64,000 nt of DNA from Isurus oxyrinchus (lineage: Eukaryota), in NCBI GenBank assembly GCA_026770705.1, contig JANJGN010000009.1, positions 16,430,001-16,494,000 on the forward strand, read 5' to 3'. Position numbers and translations under genes: made by a program. Shown here piece after piece: positions 10,748-23,621 of this stretch. Every line of letters begins with the position of its first letter. Positions within the stretch are counted from its first letter, which is position 1. The notes below the pieces were generated by a model. That model saw only the letters and a list, made by a program, of their open reading frames with translations. It did not search any database and had not been told where the DNA came from.

Positions 10748-12534
10748 CTTTTCTTCTCCGCCGATGCTGCCAGACCTGCCGAGTTTTTCCAGGTAATTCT
10801 GTTTTTGTCAGGGATCTGAAATCTACAGAGAATGTAGGGATCATAGACACCCCATGGGAACCATGCGCAGACCCGCAGGATGCATTTCTGGTGGTCGCAC
10901 ACAGCTGAACATTCAGCGAGTGGAAGCTCTTGCGGTTGACATAGTTGGCTGTTTGATCTGAGCACCACGTGTATGCACTTTGGAAAACCTGGGATCTGGG
11001 CAAATCCCAGCACTCTTGCTTCCTGGCTTTCCTGATTCTGGGTGGATTGCACAAAGTTGTGTGTCTTAGCGAAGGTAGGGTCCGTGACCTCATGGATGTA
11101 CTTGTGCATAGAGGCTTGTGATATCTCACAGAGGTCACCTGTGGAGCCACTGACATAAAAATTGAGTGCCATGGTCACTTTCATGGCCACAGGCAGTGGG
11201 TGCCCTCTATGTCCCCGTGGCACCAAACCCTGAATAATTTGGAAAATGTGACTGACCGGTTCACTGAACAATCAGAGTGTTCGGTGACATTGATTCTCAT
11301 TCATCTACAGGAATAACAAATGCTGCCTATAGACCTTGGGTCTAGCTAGGCGCCGACCAGCAACAATTTGCTGTGGCCATTCAGTGGTGCGTACAGGAGC
11401 CTCAGCCACCCCTTCTTCCTGATGGTACTGCTCCTCCCTCTGCCCAGTCAGGTGCCTCCGTCACTCTCTTCTCCTTCATCTCTGCTCTCTGCAAACCATG
11501 CAGCATATCTCAGAACTATCTCAGCTGAAGCTAAAATGAAGCTCATGCTGAAATTCGTACCTGGGTGGAGCAAACCATCGGAATGTTGAAAATGAGGTTC
11601 CGGTGCCTGGACTGGTCTGGTGGAGCCCTGCAGTACAGTGCATAGAGGGTGTCACGCATCATCGTGGCCTGCTGTGCCCCTCACAACCTGATGCTGCAGT
11701 GGGGAGAGGAGCTGGCTGAGGAGGAGATGGAGGAGCTGCACGTCTCCTCCGATGAGGATAACGTCAACAGGGATAAGGGTGAGGAAGTCCTCGAAGGCAA
11801 GGATGACGGCGATGAGGCTATCGCTTTGGCCAGGTGAGGCAGGCTCGCTCAGGAGGCCCTCATAGCTGCTAGATTTGTGGAGGATGATGATGACATGAAG
11901 TGAGGAAACTCCATAGATCCTCACGTTGCATCTGTAAACATTTGACGCCTGTCTGGCTGATGGCAGTGCACATACCCTCAGTGATAAGACTTCTGTCATG
12001 GAGATGCAGCAGATGCCCATAGTCCCTACATTCCAGGAGGATGATGATGACAAGTAGCAAGGACACTCCACAGATCCTCACAAAGCTTCCATGAATGTCT
12101 GACTCCTATCTGACTGTTGGCAACTCACTTGTGCTCTGTGAACAGGGTCATACCATGGTGATGCAGCAGGGAAACTTTAACACCTCCTGATCCTATGGCA
12201 TCCTTAGTGAACTGAACTACACTGTCACCAGATACAGATGCTAATGAGATGGGGGGCCAGCCACACCTCAAAGGTGCAGAGAGAGAATGATGGAACTCTG
12301 TGCTGCCGGCCCAGGACTTTCTGGTAGCAATGACAAGCCCTATCAAGGTGCAGGCACGACTGATGTGACCAGTGGCAGTGAAGGCGCATGATCAGTGTGC
12401 TAGGAAGGTTACACTAAGCACAGGGAGGAGGCCCTGGACTGAGATGCCTGCCTTATCTTGTGCAGGGACCAAGGTTTCACATATAAGTGACACGAACACT
12501 TCTCATCATAACAAGGAGCCATAGGCAAGGAGAC

Positions 12535-15500
12535 ATACATACAAACATATGTATTAGGGGCAGGAGTAGGCCACTCAGCCCCTTGAACCTGCTCCGCCAT
12601 TTAATAAGATCATGGTTGATCAGATTTTAACCTCAACCCCACATTCCTGCTTACCCCAATGACCTTTCACCCCCTTGTTAGTCACCGCTTTTTAGAGGAA
12701 GAGAATTCCAAAGACTCACTACCCTCTGAGGGAAAAATTTATCCTCATCTCTGTCTTAAATAAGCAGCCCCTGATTTATAAACGGTGACCCCAAGTTCTA
12801 GCTTCTCCCACAAGAGGAAATATCCTCCCCACATCAACCCTGTCAAGGCCCCTCAGGATCTCAAAGCTTTCAATCAAATCACCTCTTACTCTTCTAAATT
12901 CCAGAGGATACAAGCCTAACCTGTCTAACCTTCCCTCAAAAGGCAGCCCACCGATTCCTGGTATTAGTCTAGTAAACCTTCTCTGAACTGTTTCTAATGC
13001 ATTTACATCCTTCTTTAAATAAAGAAACTAGCACTGCACACAATACTCCAGATGTGGTCTCATCAGTGCCCTGTGCAAATGAAGTATAACCTCCCTACTT
13101 TTGTAATCAAGTCACTTCACAATAAATGATAAATGTTTCTATTAGTTTTCCTAATTACTTGCTGTACCTGCATACTAATATTTTGTGATTCATGCACTGG
13201 GACACCCAGATCTCTCTGCATCTCAGAGCTCTATATTTCTCACCATTTAGATAATAAGCTTCTTTTTAAATCTCCCTGATGAAATGGACAATTTCACATT
13301 TGCCCACACTATACCCCATTTGCCAGGTCTTTTCTCACGCACTTAACCTATCTCTGTTACTTTGTAGTCTCTTTACATCCTCTTCACAACTTACTTTCCT
13401 ACCTGTCTTTGTGTCATCAGTAAATTTAGCAACCCTTCCTTCGATCCCTTCCTCCACGCCATTTATATAAATTGTAAAAAGTTGAGACCCCAACATTGAT
13501 TTCTGTGGCACACCACTCACCACATCTTGCCAACTAGAAAAAGACCCATTTATGCCAACTCTTTGCTTCCTGTTAGCTAGCCAATCTTCTATCCATGCCA
13601 ATATTCCACCTCTGAGACCATGAGCTTTTATTTTCCACAATAACCTTTGATGTGACACTTTGTCAAATGCCTTCTGGAAATCTAAGGACTGTACATCCAC
13701 CAATTCCCCTTTATCCACATCATATGTGACTCCTTAAAAGAACTCAAAATCAATTGGTTAAACATGATTTCCCTTTCACAAAACCATGTTGATTCTGCCC
13801 AGTTGCCTGGAATTTTTCTAAGTGCCTTGCCATAACATCTTTAATAATAGCTTCCAACATTTTCCTTAAGACAGATGTTAAGCTAACTGGTCTGTAGTTT
13901 CTTTCTTTCTGTCTCCCTCCCTTGTTGAATAAAGGAGTTACATTTGCTATTTTCCAATCTAGGAACCTTCCCCAAATCTAGGGAATTTTGGAAAATTAAA
14001 ACCAATGTATCAACTATCTCAATAGCCACTTCTTTCAATTCCTTAGGGTAAAGTCCATCTGGACCTGGGGACTTCTCAGCCCACAGCCCCAACAATTTGG
14101 CCTATACTACTTTCCTGGTGATTGTAATTTTCCAGAGTTCCTCCCTCCCTTCCATTTCCTGATTTATAGCTATTTTCAGGATGTTACTCATGTCTTCTGC
14201 AGTGAAGACTGAAGCAAAATATCTGTTTAATCCATCCGCCTTCTCGCTATTTTCCAGCATCAATTCCCCTGACATGCTTTCTATAGGATCAATGTTCACT
14301 TTGTTAACTCTTCTCTTATTTAAATATCTATAGAAACTCTTAGTATCCATCTTTATGTTACTAGCCAGCTTTCTCCCATAGTCTTAATTTTCCCTCCTTT
14401 TTAATCTTTTTGTCATTCTTTGCTGTTCTTTATATTCTTTCCAATCTTCTGACCTGCCACCCATCTTTGTGTAATTATGTGTTTTTTCTTTAAGTTTGAT
14501 ACTGTCTTTAACTTTTTTTAGTTAAGCACGGATGGTGGGCCCTCCCTTTGGAATGTTTCTTTCTCATTGGAACGTATATATTCTGTGTATCCTGAAATAC
14601 CCCTTTAAACGCCTGCCACTGAACCTCTATTGACCTATCCCTTAACCTCATTTGCCAGTTCACTTTAGCTAGCTCCGCTTTCATGCCCTCATAATTGCCC
14701 TTACTTAAGTTCAAAATACGAATCTTGGCCACACCTGTTTCTCCCTCAAAATGAATCTAAAATTCTATCATGCTATGATTGCTGTGACCTAGGGGGTGCC
14801 TTCACTATTAGGTTATCAATTACTCCCATCTCGTTGCTCAATACCTGTTCTCTGATCGGCACCAGAACATGCTGTTCGAGGAAACTATCCCGAAAACATT
14901 CTATGAACTGCTCGCCTACACTACTTTTGCCCATCTGATTTTTCCAGTCTATACGTAGATTAAAACCCTCCATGATTATAGCTGCTACTTTCTGACAAGC
15001 TCTCATTATCTCTTCTTTTACACTCTGTCCTACTACGTAATTACGAGCCTGTGCACCAGTCTCACAAGTGATTTCTTGCCTTTATCATTCCTCATCTCAA
15101 ACCAAACCGCTTCCAAATCCTGGTTTCCTGAGCTTAGGCCATCCCTCTCCAATGTGCTAATAGCATCATTAATTAACAGATGCATCCTCCACCTTTTCCT
15201 AACTTCCTGTCCTTCCTAAATTTAACATGCCCTTCAATATTCAGCTTTTAATCTATGGGCTGAATCTTCCGGTTGGCGTGCAGGGACAGGCCTGAGATGC
15301 TGACACACAAAGTGACATGCAATGACTTCAGGCGTGCATCCTGCGTCATCACGTGCCATCGCGATATTTCGTTCGGCGGGCGTGCGCCAGAATCGGCTGC
15401 ACACCTGCCGAAATGTCAACGGCCTATTAAGGCCATTAAGAAAGTAATTAAACCAGCTAAGAACGCTGCCCGTCCAACCTTAAGGTTGTCAGGCAGTCGA

Positions 15501-17450
15501 AAAGCCCAAGCAGCCTTTACATTTTTCAGAAAACCTCATCCACGGGCGGGATGAGGTTTCCTGAAGCTTTTATTAAACAAATAAAAAATATTTCCCACCT
15601 CAATACAACATGTCCCAACTCGTGTGACACTGTCAGATAGGGGACATGTTTAAATAAATTTTTACCTCATTTATTAACCTGTTTTATTATCCATTCAATC
15701 TCCCCGAGGCATCTCCGTGCCTCAGCGAGATTGAAGCGCTCTTTCCCGTGCATGGCCCTGACTCTGCCTCCTCCCCTCGCCCGCACAGGTAACGCTGAGC
15801 GCTACTGGCCGTGCGTTAATTGGCCCGCTGTGTAAAATGGCGGCGCGGAGCCAATCACAGGCGACGATCGGCTCCCTACCAGCCCCTGCCCATTCCCGCC
15901 CAGCCACAGGAAAATTCCAGGCCTATGTTATATTGTAGCCATGTCACTATAATGGCTTTCAGATCGTACTTATTATTTCTATTTGTGCTATCAGTTCATC
16001 TGTTTTTTGCTGAATGTGACGTGCGTTTAGGTACACAGCCTTAAGTTTTGTCCTTTTATTATTTTTGTAATGTCTAGCCTTATCTGCTGATTTTCTCTTA
16101 GATTTGTATACTTTGTCCCTTCCTGTCCCTGTCTGTTTATCATTTCCCATATTAATACCTCTCTCTCTTGCCTTGTGTCCACTCTTTGGTTTACCACATC
16201 TTCCAAAATTTGGTCCCTTGCCCCCACTATTCAGATTAATACCCTCTCTACCTCCTTAGCTATGTGCCTCATGAGGTCACCAGCCCCAGCACAGTTCGGG
16301 TGTAGACCATCCCAATGGTACAGGTCCCACTTTCCCCAGTACTGGTGCCAGTGCTCCACAAACCAGAACCCACTTCTCCCACACCAGTCTTTGAGTCACA
16401 TGTTCATCTCTCTAGCTTTTTTTCACCTACGCCAATTTGAGCGTCTGCTTTTCAGTTTAGTGTATAGCTCCTCAAACTACCTATACCTCTTTCCTCATTC
16501 TACCTATGCCATTGGTACCTACATGAACCATGACCACTGGATCCTTTCCCTTCTACTGCAGGTTCCTCTCCAGCCATGAGCAGATGTCCCAAACCCTGGC
16601 ACCGGGCAGGCAACACATCCACTTGGATTCTTGCTCTTTGCTACAGAGAATAGCATCAATCCTCCTCACTATACTGTCCCCAACTACAATTATATTCCTT
16701 TTTGCTCCCCCACTTGAATGGCTTCCTGTACCATGGTGCCATGGTCATTTTGCTCATCCACTTTGCAGCCCCATTCTCATCCAAACAAGCTGAGAGAACC
16801 TCAAACCAGTTGGACAATTGCAGAGGCTCATACGCTTGCACTCGTGCCACCTGGGTCCCCTTACCTGTCTCACTTGGAGCCTCAGGCTCTTGTCCCTGAG
16901 CACTGAGCAAATCCAAAGACCCTATCCTAAGTGGTGTGATTGCCCCCTGGTATAAAGCATCTGGGTAACTGTTCCCCCACCACCCCCCCCCCCCCCCCCC
17001 CCACCTCCCCACCCTAATATACCGCAGTGTCTGCAGCTCAGCCTCCAGCTCAATGACTCTGAGCCGAAGTTCCTCGAGCCGCAAACACTTACTGCAGACG
17101 TGTTTGCCCTGGATCACAATGTTATCCAGGAGCTCCCACATGCTGTAGCCTTGACACATCACCTATCCTGCCATCCTTAATGCGTTTTAAATAATTACTT
17201 AATTCTATTAATCACTTATTTATGTTGCTTTCTTATATATTTTATTAACTTTAACCACCAGTTTATGTACTATTTTAAATCTTGGGGATAGAATTAAACT
17301 TCTCACTTACCAGATACTCACCAAACAGCTAGCTCCTTTCCCTGTAACAGAGCAAGGTGAAAAAGATAGAAGAAGGAAATGAGCACTTCCTTCACTGAAA
17401 TCCCCCTCTTACCAAATTCCACGTCTCCACTCAATTAGCTCAGCTACACT
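12535..17450 (-). mobile_element. Near-full-length decayed CR1-type LINE (ORF1 zinc-finger/coiled-coil and esterase; ORF2 APE and RT)
   Basis: ORF1 MCQ..SMWEL...HVCSKCLRLEELRLRVIELEAELQTLR and VVMVHVGTN. APE start LKAVYLNARHI. RT KSPGPDG, LDFQKAFDKVSHQRL, SGVPQKSMLG, KFTDDTK. (TATG)n-like tail near 12535-12555. Many frameshifts. Confidence 0.9.
15257..15923. mobile_element. Harbinger-family MITE inserted in the CR1 endonuclease region
   Basis: TIRs GGGCTGAATCTTCC / GGAAAATTCCAGGCC, TSD TAT. Confidence 0.88.
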
Positions 17451-19949
17451 CCATTTGGGCATTTATTAACAAAGAAAACATTTTGTACAAGTGATTAACA
17501 CCCATGCCCAGGCCATGCAATTATATCTTCTTAATCTTCCTAACCTCACTGCTACGTTTTGGTGCTCCCCCAACATTCACAGCGCAGGTGGAGGCAGCCT
17601 GCTGACTGCTATGTCCTGTCTGTGATGACCTTGACAAGTGTCCTCTGGAGGGCTGAGACCTGGAGGGCTATGGCTTGCTTTTGGTGTCCTGCTGTGTGGC
17701 AGTGGCACCCTCCTCGGTCTGTGGAGCTGGATTTACTGGGGTCACAGGAAGAGGTGATTCAGGTGGGCCAGACACTCCCGGAGTCATCTGGGTGGATGGC
17801 CCCAGGGTGTGCATCTGCTAATCCTCCTCCCTATTGGTGCCCGAGAGCCCTTGGCTGACTTCTTGAGGAGAAGGGAAACTGGAGTGAGATCGAGCTGCCT
17901 GGCACTCCTCTTGCGTTGACACTGTTGGAGGCCAACTATGACGTTAGTGATGGAATTCAGACTGCGCAGCAGTACAAAACTGACGTCCTGGTCCAAGGTC
18001 TCCATGATGGCCATCATCCTACTTCAGTGCATTGGCAAGCCAGCACTATCACCTCAGACTAAAGGCTGACAGACTCCTCCATTGTGCCGTGCAATCTGAG
18101 GAGTGCAGAGGACATTCCTTCCTGATGTTCCTGCGCTTTACTTTGCTGCTCCAGCAACCGCGGTATGACCTAGTCCAGAGACTTGTCATCTGACTCAGAC
18201 TCAGCAGATTTCTGGTCTCCAGCAATCCTCCAAGTGCTGGGGATCTGGGAAGTCCCTGTCACTGCCTGCAGTGGATCAGACAGTGTGATTACTCACCAGA
18301 TTGTGTCCCCGAGGCTACTCTAAAGCTAGGTCCCACCGAGGCGTGTGTCTCTGTGCTGGGGGAAGGTGTGACTGGCCTTCAATGACGGCTACTGCAGATT
18401 CCTCTTCTGAGCTGTTTTTGGGGCTTGAGTCGAGGACCTGGACCATGGACTCCCTCAGCTCCTTCCCAGAGGTGCCTGCGAAAGCAAGGAGATATAATTA
18501 GTGCATGGCAGTGGCCTGTGAAAGAGGACACATCACACAGCATGGCCGTCTGTGGATGTTACACTGCTGGATCCTCAATTGGTAGAGCACTGTCGACCTC
18601 TCTGTCTAGCACAGGAATGGTCAAGATCTTCACCAGCCAGATGAATGGCTCTATTTTTGACGTCGGTGAGGACCTGGATTTCAGGCATTCCTCCCCGAGT
18701 CTGTGACCTCTCCCTCTTGTTGTGTGCTAGCTTGTCCTGCATGATTAGAGTTTGAGAGAGTGTAAGCAGGATGCCTGCCAGATCAGATGGTAAGTATGCC
18801 TGGCATGTGTGGGTGGTAAATTGTCCTATGGATGGGATGAGGACAATGAAGGTGTGTGTGAGAGAGTGAATGGTGATGTCCCTTGAACTGGCAGTGAGTT
18901 GAGATCCCTTGTGGGTGCATGATGAGTTTGTGAGTGCGTGAGTTGAGAGTGATGAAAAGTGTGACTTACCCTGGTGGAACGGAGAGAATCATTCATCTTA
19001 TTTCGGCAGTGGGTGGCTGCCCTCTTTTGCGTTGCCCACCACTGCCACTGCCTCCCATGCTGGATTTGTCACCTTGCTTGCTGGCCTTCGTCCAGAGCAA
19101 GGGTAGAGGACATTGTGGCCAGCCACCACTGTGTCCATTTGGCGCTCAAGTGAGGTGTCTGTAAACCTGGGGGCAGCATGTTTCCTTCCTTTGCCAGCCA
19201 TGACTTTGCAGCAGCTTCCGATCCTTTTGAAGAGTTCTAGTTCCGTGCAGGGACGCCCTTTAAATATGGTGCCCGGTTTAGTGAAGGCCTGATTTGATGG
19301 CGGGACGGGTGAATGAGAGTACACTCTGCCAGTGATGATTAATGAGGCGGGATTGGGACGATATGGCAAGAAAAGCTACCATTGCAGCTGGCGGGTAAAA
19401 GGTCCCTTTTCCCACCCATTACTGCACTTAGTGCAAATCTAGGATGATCCTGCCCATAGCTGATGGCAGTGGGGGTTGGGATGTGGGACATCGGGGTAGG
19501 GAGGCAGCACTTTGGATGACCTGAAAATTATAAAGGTTAAAGGATGAGATAATGGAAATCTGAAAGTAACAAAGGTGAGGATGAGGGTTTCAGAAAGAAA
19601 TGGGCTGATGTAACATCTAAGGTGGTAATGTTATGGAAGTGGAAAGAGGCAGCTAAATAGGATGCTGATGTTGCAAATAGTCTGAGTTAGCTTGAGACAA
19701 TGGCTACAGATGGTCTTGGAATTGGTGGCAAGAGCAAGAAACTTGAGACAGGGACAGAAGTCTGTGGCCCACCAATTCAATGAACCTATGCCAAGCCTGA
19801 CGTGGGTTCTGGCCTTCTCTGCCCGGAGAAGTTGTTGAAAGAGTCCTGAACCCACTGTAACAGGGACCCTACCTAATTCCAGATCATCTGCATGAGCTCC
19901 AGCAGGTCTATACTGGATTGCGCTTCTTGAAGGAGTGGTGTAAGCTGAT

Positions 19950-20297
19950 TCAAGAATAACATTCAAAAGGAAATGGGATCATTTCCTGGGCTATGGGAGA
20001 AAAACAGAGGCTGGGACGTGCTTGATAGCTCTTTCAAAGGGCCAGCACAGGCATAATGGGCCGAATGGACTCATTTTGTTCTCATTATATGCCATCATTG
20101 TAGAATTTCTAAGGGAAGTTCTTTCCTCACATCCTTTAAAAAGTACCTGGATGAGAACTTAGCATGTCATAACATTCAAGGCTATGGGCCAAGTGCTGGT
20201 AAATGGGATTAGTAGGTAGGTCAGGTGTTTCTCATGTGTCAGTGCAGACTCGATGGGCTGAAGGGCCTCTTCTGCACTGTGATTCTGTGATTCTGTG
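19950..20297 (+). mobile_element. Two short CR1-type 3' ends, the second with a (CTGTGATT)n tail
   Basis: GGGCCGAATGG / GGGCTGAAGGGCC 3' motifs and octamer tail repeats at ~20276-20297. Confidence 0.6.
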
Positions 20298-20299
20298 AA

Positions 20300-20965
20300 T
20301 TAAGAAAGCAAATGGTACGTTGGCCTTCATTGCTAGAGGATTTGAGTTCAGATGTAAGGGATGTCTTACTGCAGTTATACAAGGCCTTGGTAAGACCACA
20401 CCTGGAGTATTACGTGCAGTTTTGGTCTCCCTACTTAAGAAAGGATATTCTTGCCATAGAGGGAGTGCAGCGAAGGTTCACTAGGCTGATACCAGGGATG
20501 GCAGAACCATCATATGGGGAGAGATTGGTTAGACTGGGCCTGTAAACACTAGAGCTTAGTAGAATGAGAGAGGATCTGATTTAAATGTATAAAATTCTAA
20601 CAAGGCTAGATAGACTGGATGCAGGGAGGATATATCCCCTGTTGGGGAGTCTCGAACCAGGGCCACAACCTCAGGATACGGGGCAGGCCATTTAGGACTG
20701 AGATTAGGAAAAATTTCTTCACTCAGAGGGTGGTCAACCTGTGGAATTCTCTACCATGGAAGGCTGTGGAAGCCGGGTCACCGAGTATACTCAAGAGAAA
20801 GATTGATACATTTTTGGATATTAGGGGCATCAAGGGGCATGGAGAAAAAATGGGAATAAGGTGTTCAGATAGAGGAACAGGCATTATCATATTGAATGAC
20901 AGAACAGGCTCGAAGAGCTGAATGGCCTTCTCCTGCTCCTAGTTTCCATGTATTCTATGTATCTA
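20300..20965 (+). mobile_element. CR1-type LINE 3' part
   Basis: DVLLQLYKALVRPHLEYYVQFWSPYLRKDILAIEGVQRRFTRLIPGM; FRTEIRKNFFTQRVVNLWNSLP. Confidence 0.9.
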
Positions 20966-22142
20966 CGTCTGCCGTATTCCCTACATTACTCCAACAGAAC
21001 TTCATTGGGTGAATCCTTTAGGGACATCTTGAATTTTGAAAGGTGCTATGCAAATTCAATTTCTTTCTAGAGAAACAGAAAGTAAGTATGAACCTTATTG
21101 TTAACAGACAGGAGGCTGGATATAAGGCTGGAGAAGGTTGCAGAGATAGGGAAGGCGAGCCATGGAGTGATTTGAAGATGAGAATTTTAAATTATTGTGT
21201 TAAGAATATTTGAGGCTTTCTGTACTCGCCATAATGCAATAAATCAAACAGCAAATTATGGCCTTCACACACACACCATTAAGCACAGAAATCAGGAAGT
21301 TGCCGTCCAAGTTGCCTTTTCCTCTGTAACAATGGTGGCCAAACTTTCTGATCCTTAGAAATACATATGATAATTTCCAGACATTCAAGAGCCGCAAGAC
21401 ACAGACAACCTTTACAGGCACATTTTTATTACTACTGCACGCACATATGTGCACCCCCTCCCACTTCCCACTCAGTCTCCAGACACTAAATCATGCTCTC
21501 CCTCCTATCCCCACTCACTCACTCATGCCCTCTCTCTCCATCCATTCAGCCACACTCACTCAACCATTGTACCCACGCCCCCCTCCCCCCTTCCCCCACC
21601 AACATCACCCTCCCTCCTACCTGGATTTCTCTACCTAGCCTGAATGTAGGAGCGCTGGAATGGAGATAAGAAGCTGTCAGGGCCCAGACCCCAGGCCTGA
21701 TTCTCAGTCTCCACACACAACTCCCGCCCCCCCCCAGGCCCCTCCTCCCCCCGGCTCCAATCTCACCCAAGTCCAGTGGCATCGACTCCTGCTGTCGGGA
21801 GCAGGAAGGTGCTCTGCAGGCTGCACCAAAGTGCTGCAGCTAACTGGGGGTGTGGCCTCTGCATCACCGAATCACGGAGCTTGGAGTCGGCTAGTCGGGT
21901 TAGAGTTGGGCCAGTGGGTGTGGTGGCTCTGCACACTCAGCGCAGGGTGCCACACAATTCTTCAGAATGATTCGGATTAATCTCTCCACCTTAACAACCA
22001 GCTCACTTTGTCCATAAAGCTGCACTTTATCTGTGAAAGAGCTACGCATAGCTTAGGAGTCCCAGTTTGGGCACCCCTGCTCTAGAAGCTGCGCTACAAT
22101 GGCAAGCGATGATACATTCATACACATGGAAGAGCGTGAAGT

Positions 22143-22371
22143 TGTTGTACTGTCTCATGAGAAACACACCCTGGGAGCCTTAGTCAAATAAAATGAACTT
22201 TATTTACACAAGAGCTTCAGTGGCTGCATGAATCTAGCCAGCCCCTCATACAGCCATCTTTTCCGAGGAATCCCTTCCCTAGAATTTATGCCCTCGCACT
22301 AGCCGCACATTGTTTGAACAAATCACGTGATCCCTAATCAGCTGAACAGACCTTAAAGTGACAATCATTAC
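22143..22371 (-). mobile_element. Candidate short solo LTR
   Basis: TGT...ACA ends, AATAAA on the - strand, layout like the LTR at 40621-40876. No clean TSD. Confidence 0.4.
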
Positions 22372-23621
22372 AGAGATAACCCACCAAACATCCAGGAAAA
22401 GATAGGATTTGTCTATTAAGTGTACATGAATTTAAACTCTGACCTTGAAAATTAAATGTGGAGCCTCATTCCATCAGATTTTAATACTTGTTGGAGTTTT
22501 TTTTAAATTGAAAGATGGAAAGAACATCAGAAGTGATTATTTTGATAACATTTCAGTGACTTTTCTGAGATGAATGGTCAGTTTCAATGGTACTGATTAA
22601 CAAAAGTATTTGTTTGCGGTAAGCGACTAATTTCCACCTGACCAAAAGTTCTTCACTTGCTAAAGTAAATAAAAACAAACTCCAACATCATTCTGCAGCT
22701 ATACTGTCAAATTGAAAAGTATTTTGTTCCAGGCTAGACCCAATAGTGAGTTCGTCAGAGGGAAATGTGGAAGTATGAATGCAACTACAAAGGCTGAAAT
22801 GTTCGAACAAACACCCTAAATTTGTCAGCTATTTCTCTGTAGCCTCAGTTGATTACACACACGGCAAGTAGTCCCTTCATAATTCATCCATCAATTGCAG
22901 CTCTGTTGCCAGAAAAATGGTGCGGCTCATATTACGAATGGCAGTTCTCGGGTGAAATGATTTCCTGGAAATGATGGATGCCACGAGGGGCAATTATGGA
23001 AACAGTTGCAACAACTTAAATTCTCCCAGTCGTTTTGATTCATTGCAATCGTGCTTCCGCAGGGATTTTCATCGCATGATTCTCTTGCAGCATCGCTCAT
23101 GGATCAATAACAATGCATTGAGGAGATAGATAAAAGAGAAAAGAGATGGGATCCATTCACTGAAGAGGCTGAAAAAGGAGATGACAGTATCCCTTGATGC
23201 TGCAGACTTGGTTTAATGTAGCCAAGCCTTGATTTTCAAATTTTCCTCATTTTCCTGCTCTCTCCTAACCTCTGCTCTCTAACATTCTCGACGTCCTCCA
23301 TCTCTTCGAGCTTCACTTCTGTTTTTAGGAATTTGTCCAATTCGCTTCTCTCTTTGCAACATTTTCCTCATTCGAATTGTGATGGTTACTGGAAATGGAA
23401 AAGCTGCCCCATGGAAATATTTCTTTTTAAATTTTAGACAGTTGAGTTTTATTTGTTGGTTTATTCTGTGAATGCCTTCCTGTGACTAAGTTCACAATAT
23501 TTCCGGCACAGGTAGGGAGCCTTAGAAGGAATTTCATATAGATAGTACCCCCCCCACCCTCCCTCCCCCACCACAACCACCTCCCCATGTTTGGGAATAT
23601 TTGGTATATTCTCAGAGTCAG

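Larger units (their letters stand above)
8230..10807 (+). mobile_element. 5'-truncated Penelope-like retroelement (Neptune-type)
   Basis: 13-bp TSD TCAGGGATCTGAA (8217-8229, 10808-10820), an RT-GIY-YIG ORF, and a 3' UTR with HHR motif. Confidence 0.93.
8125..11505 (-). pseudogene. Inverted N-terminal/central part of a Harbinger transposase, split by the Penelope insertion (8125-8229 and 10808-11505)
   Basis: The - strand reads GHPLPVAMKVTMALNFY, YVNRKSFHSLNVQL, FPWGVYDPYIL..QIPD. It continues left of the Penelope as LQGWLLGEKGYLRRTWLMIPV. Confidence 0.85.
11508..19455 (+). mobile_element. Right part of a Harbinger transposon (transposase C-terminus on +, Myb-like gene on -), interrupted by a CR1 at ~12535-17450
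   Basis: Collinear with 53935-56790 on both sides of the CR1. Ends in TIR GATGATCCTGCCC (19455). Myb-like start MAGKGRKHAAPRFTDTSLE on - strand near 19200. Confidence 0.85.

Noticed and set aside
22979-22995. CTCF-like motif CCACGAGGGGCA
   Set aside because: One base short of the core spacing, and a single hit is expected by chance.
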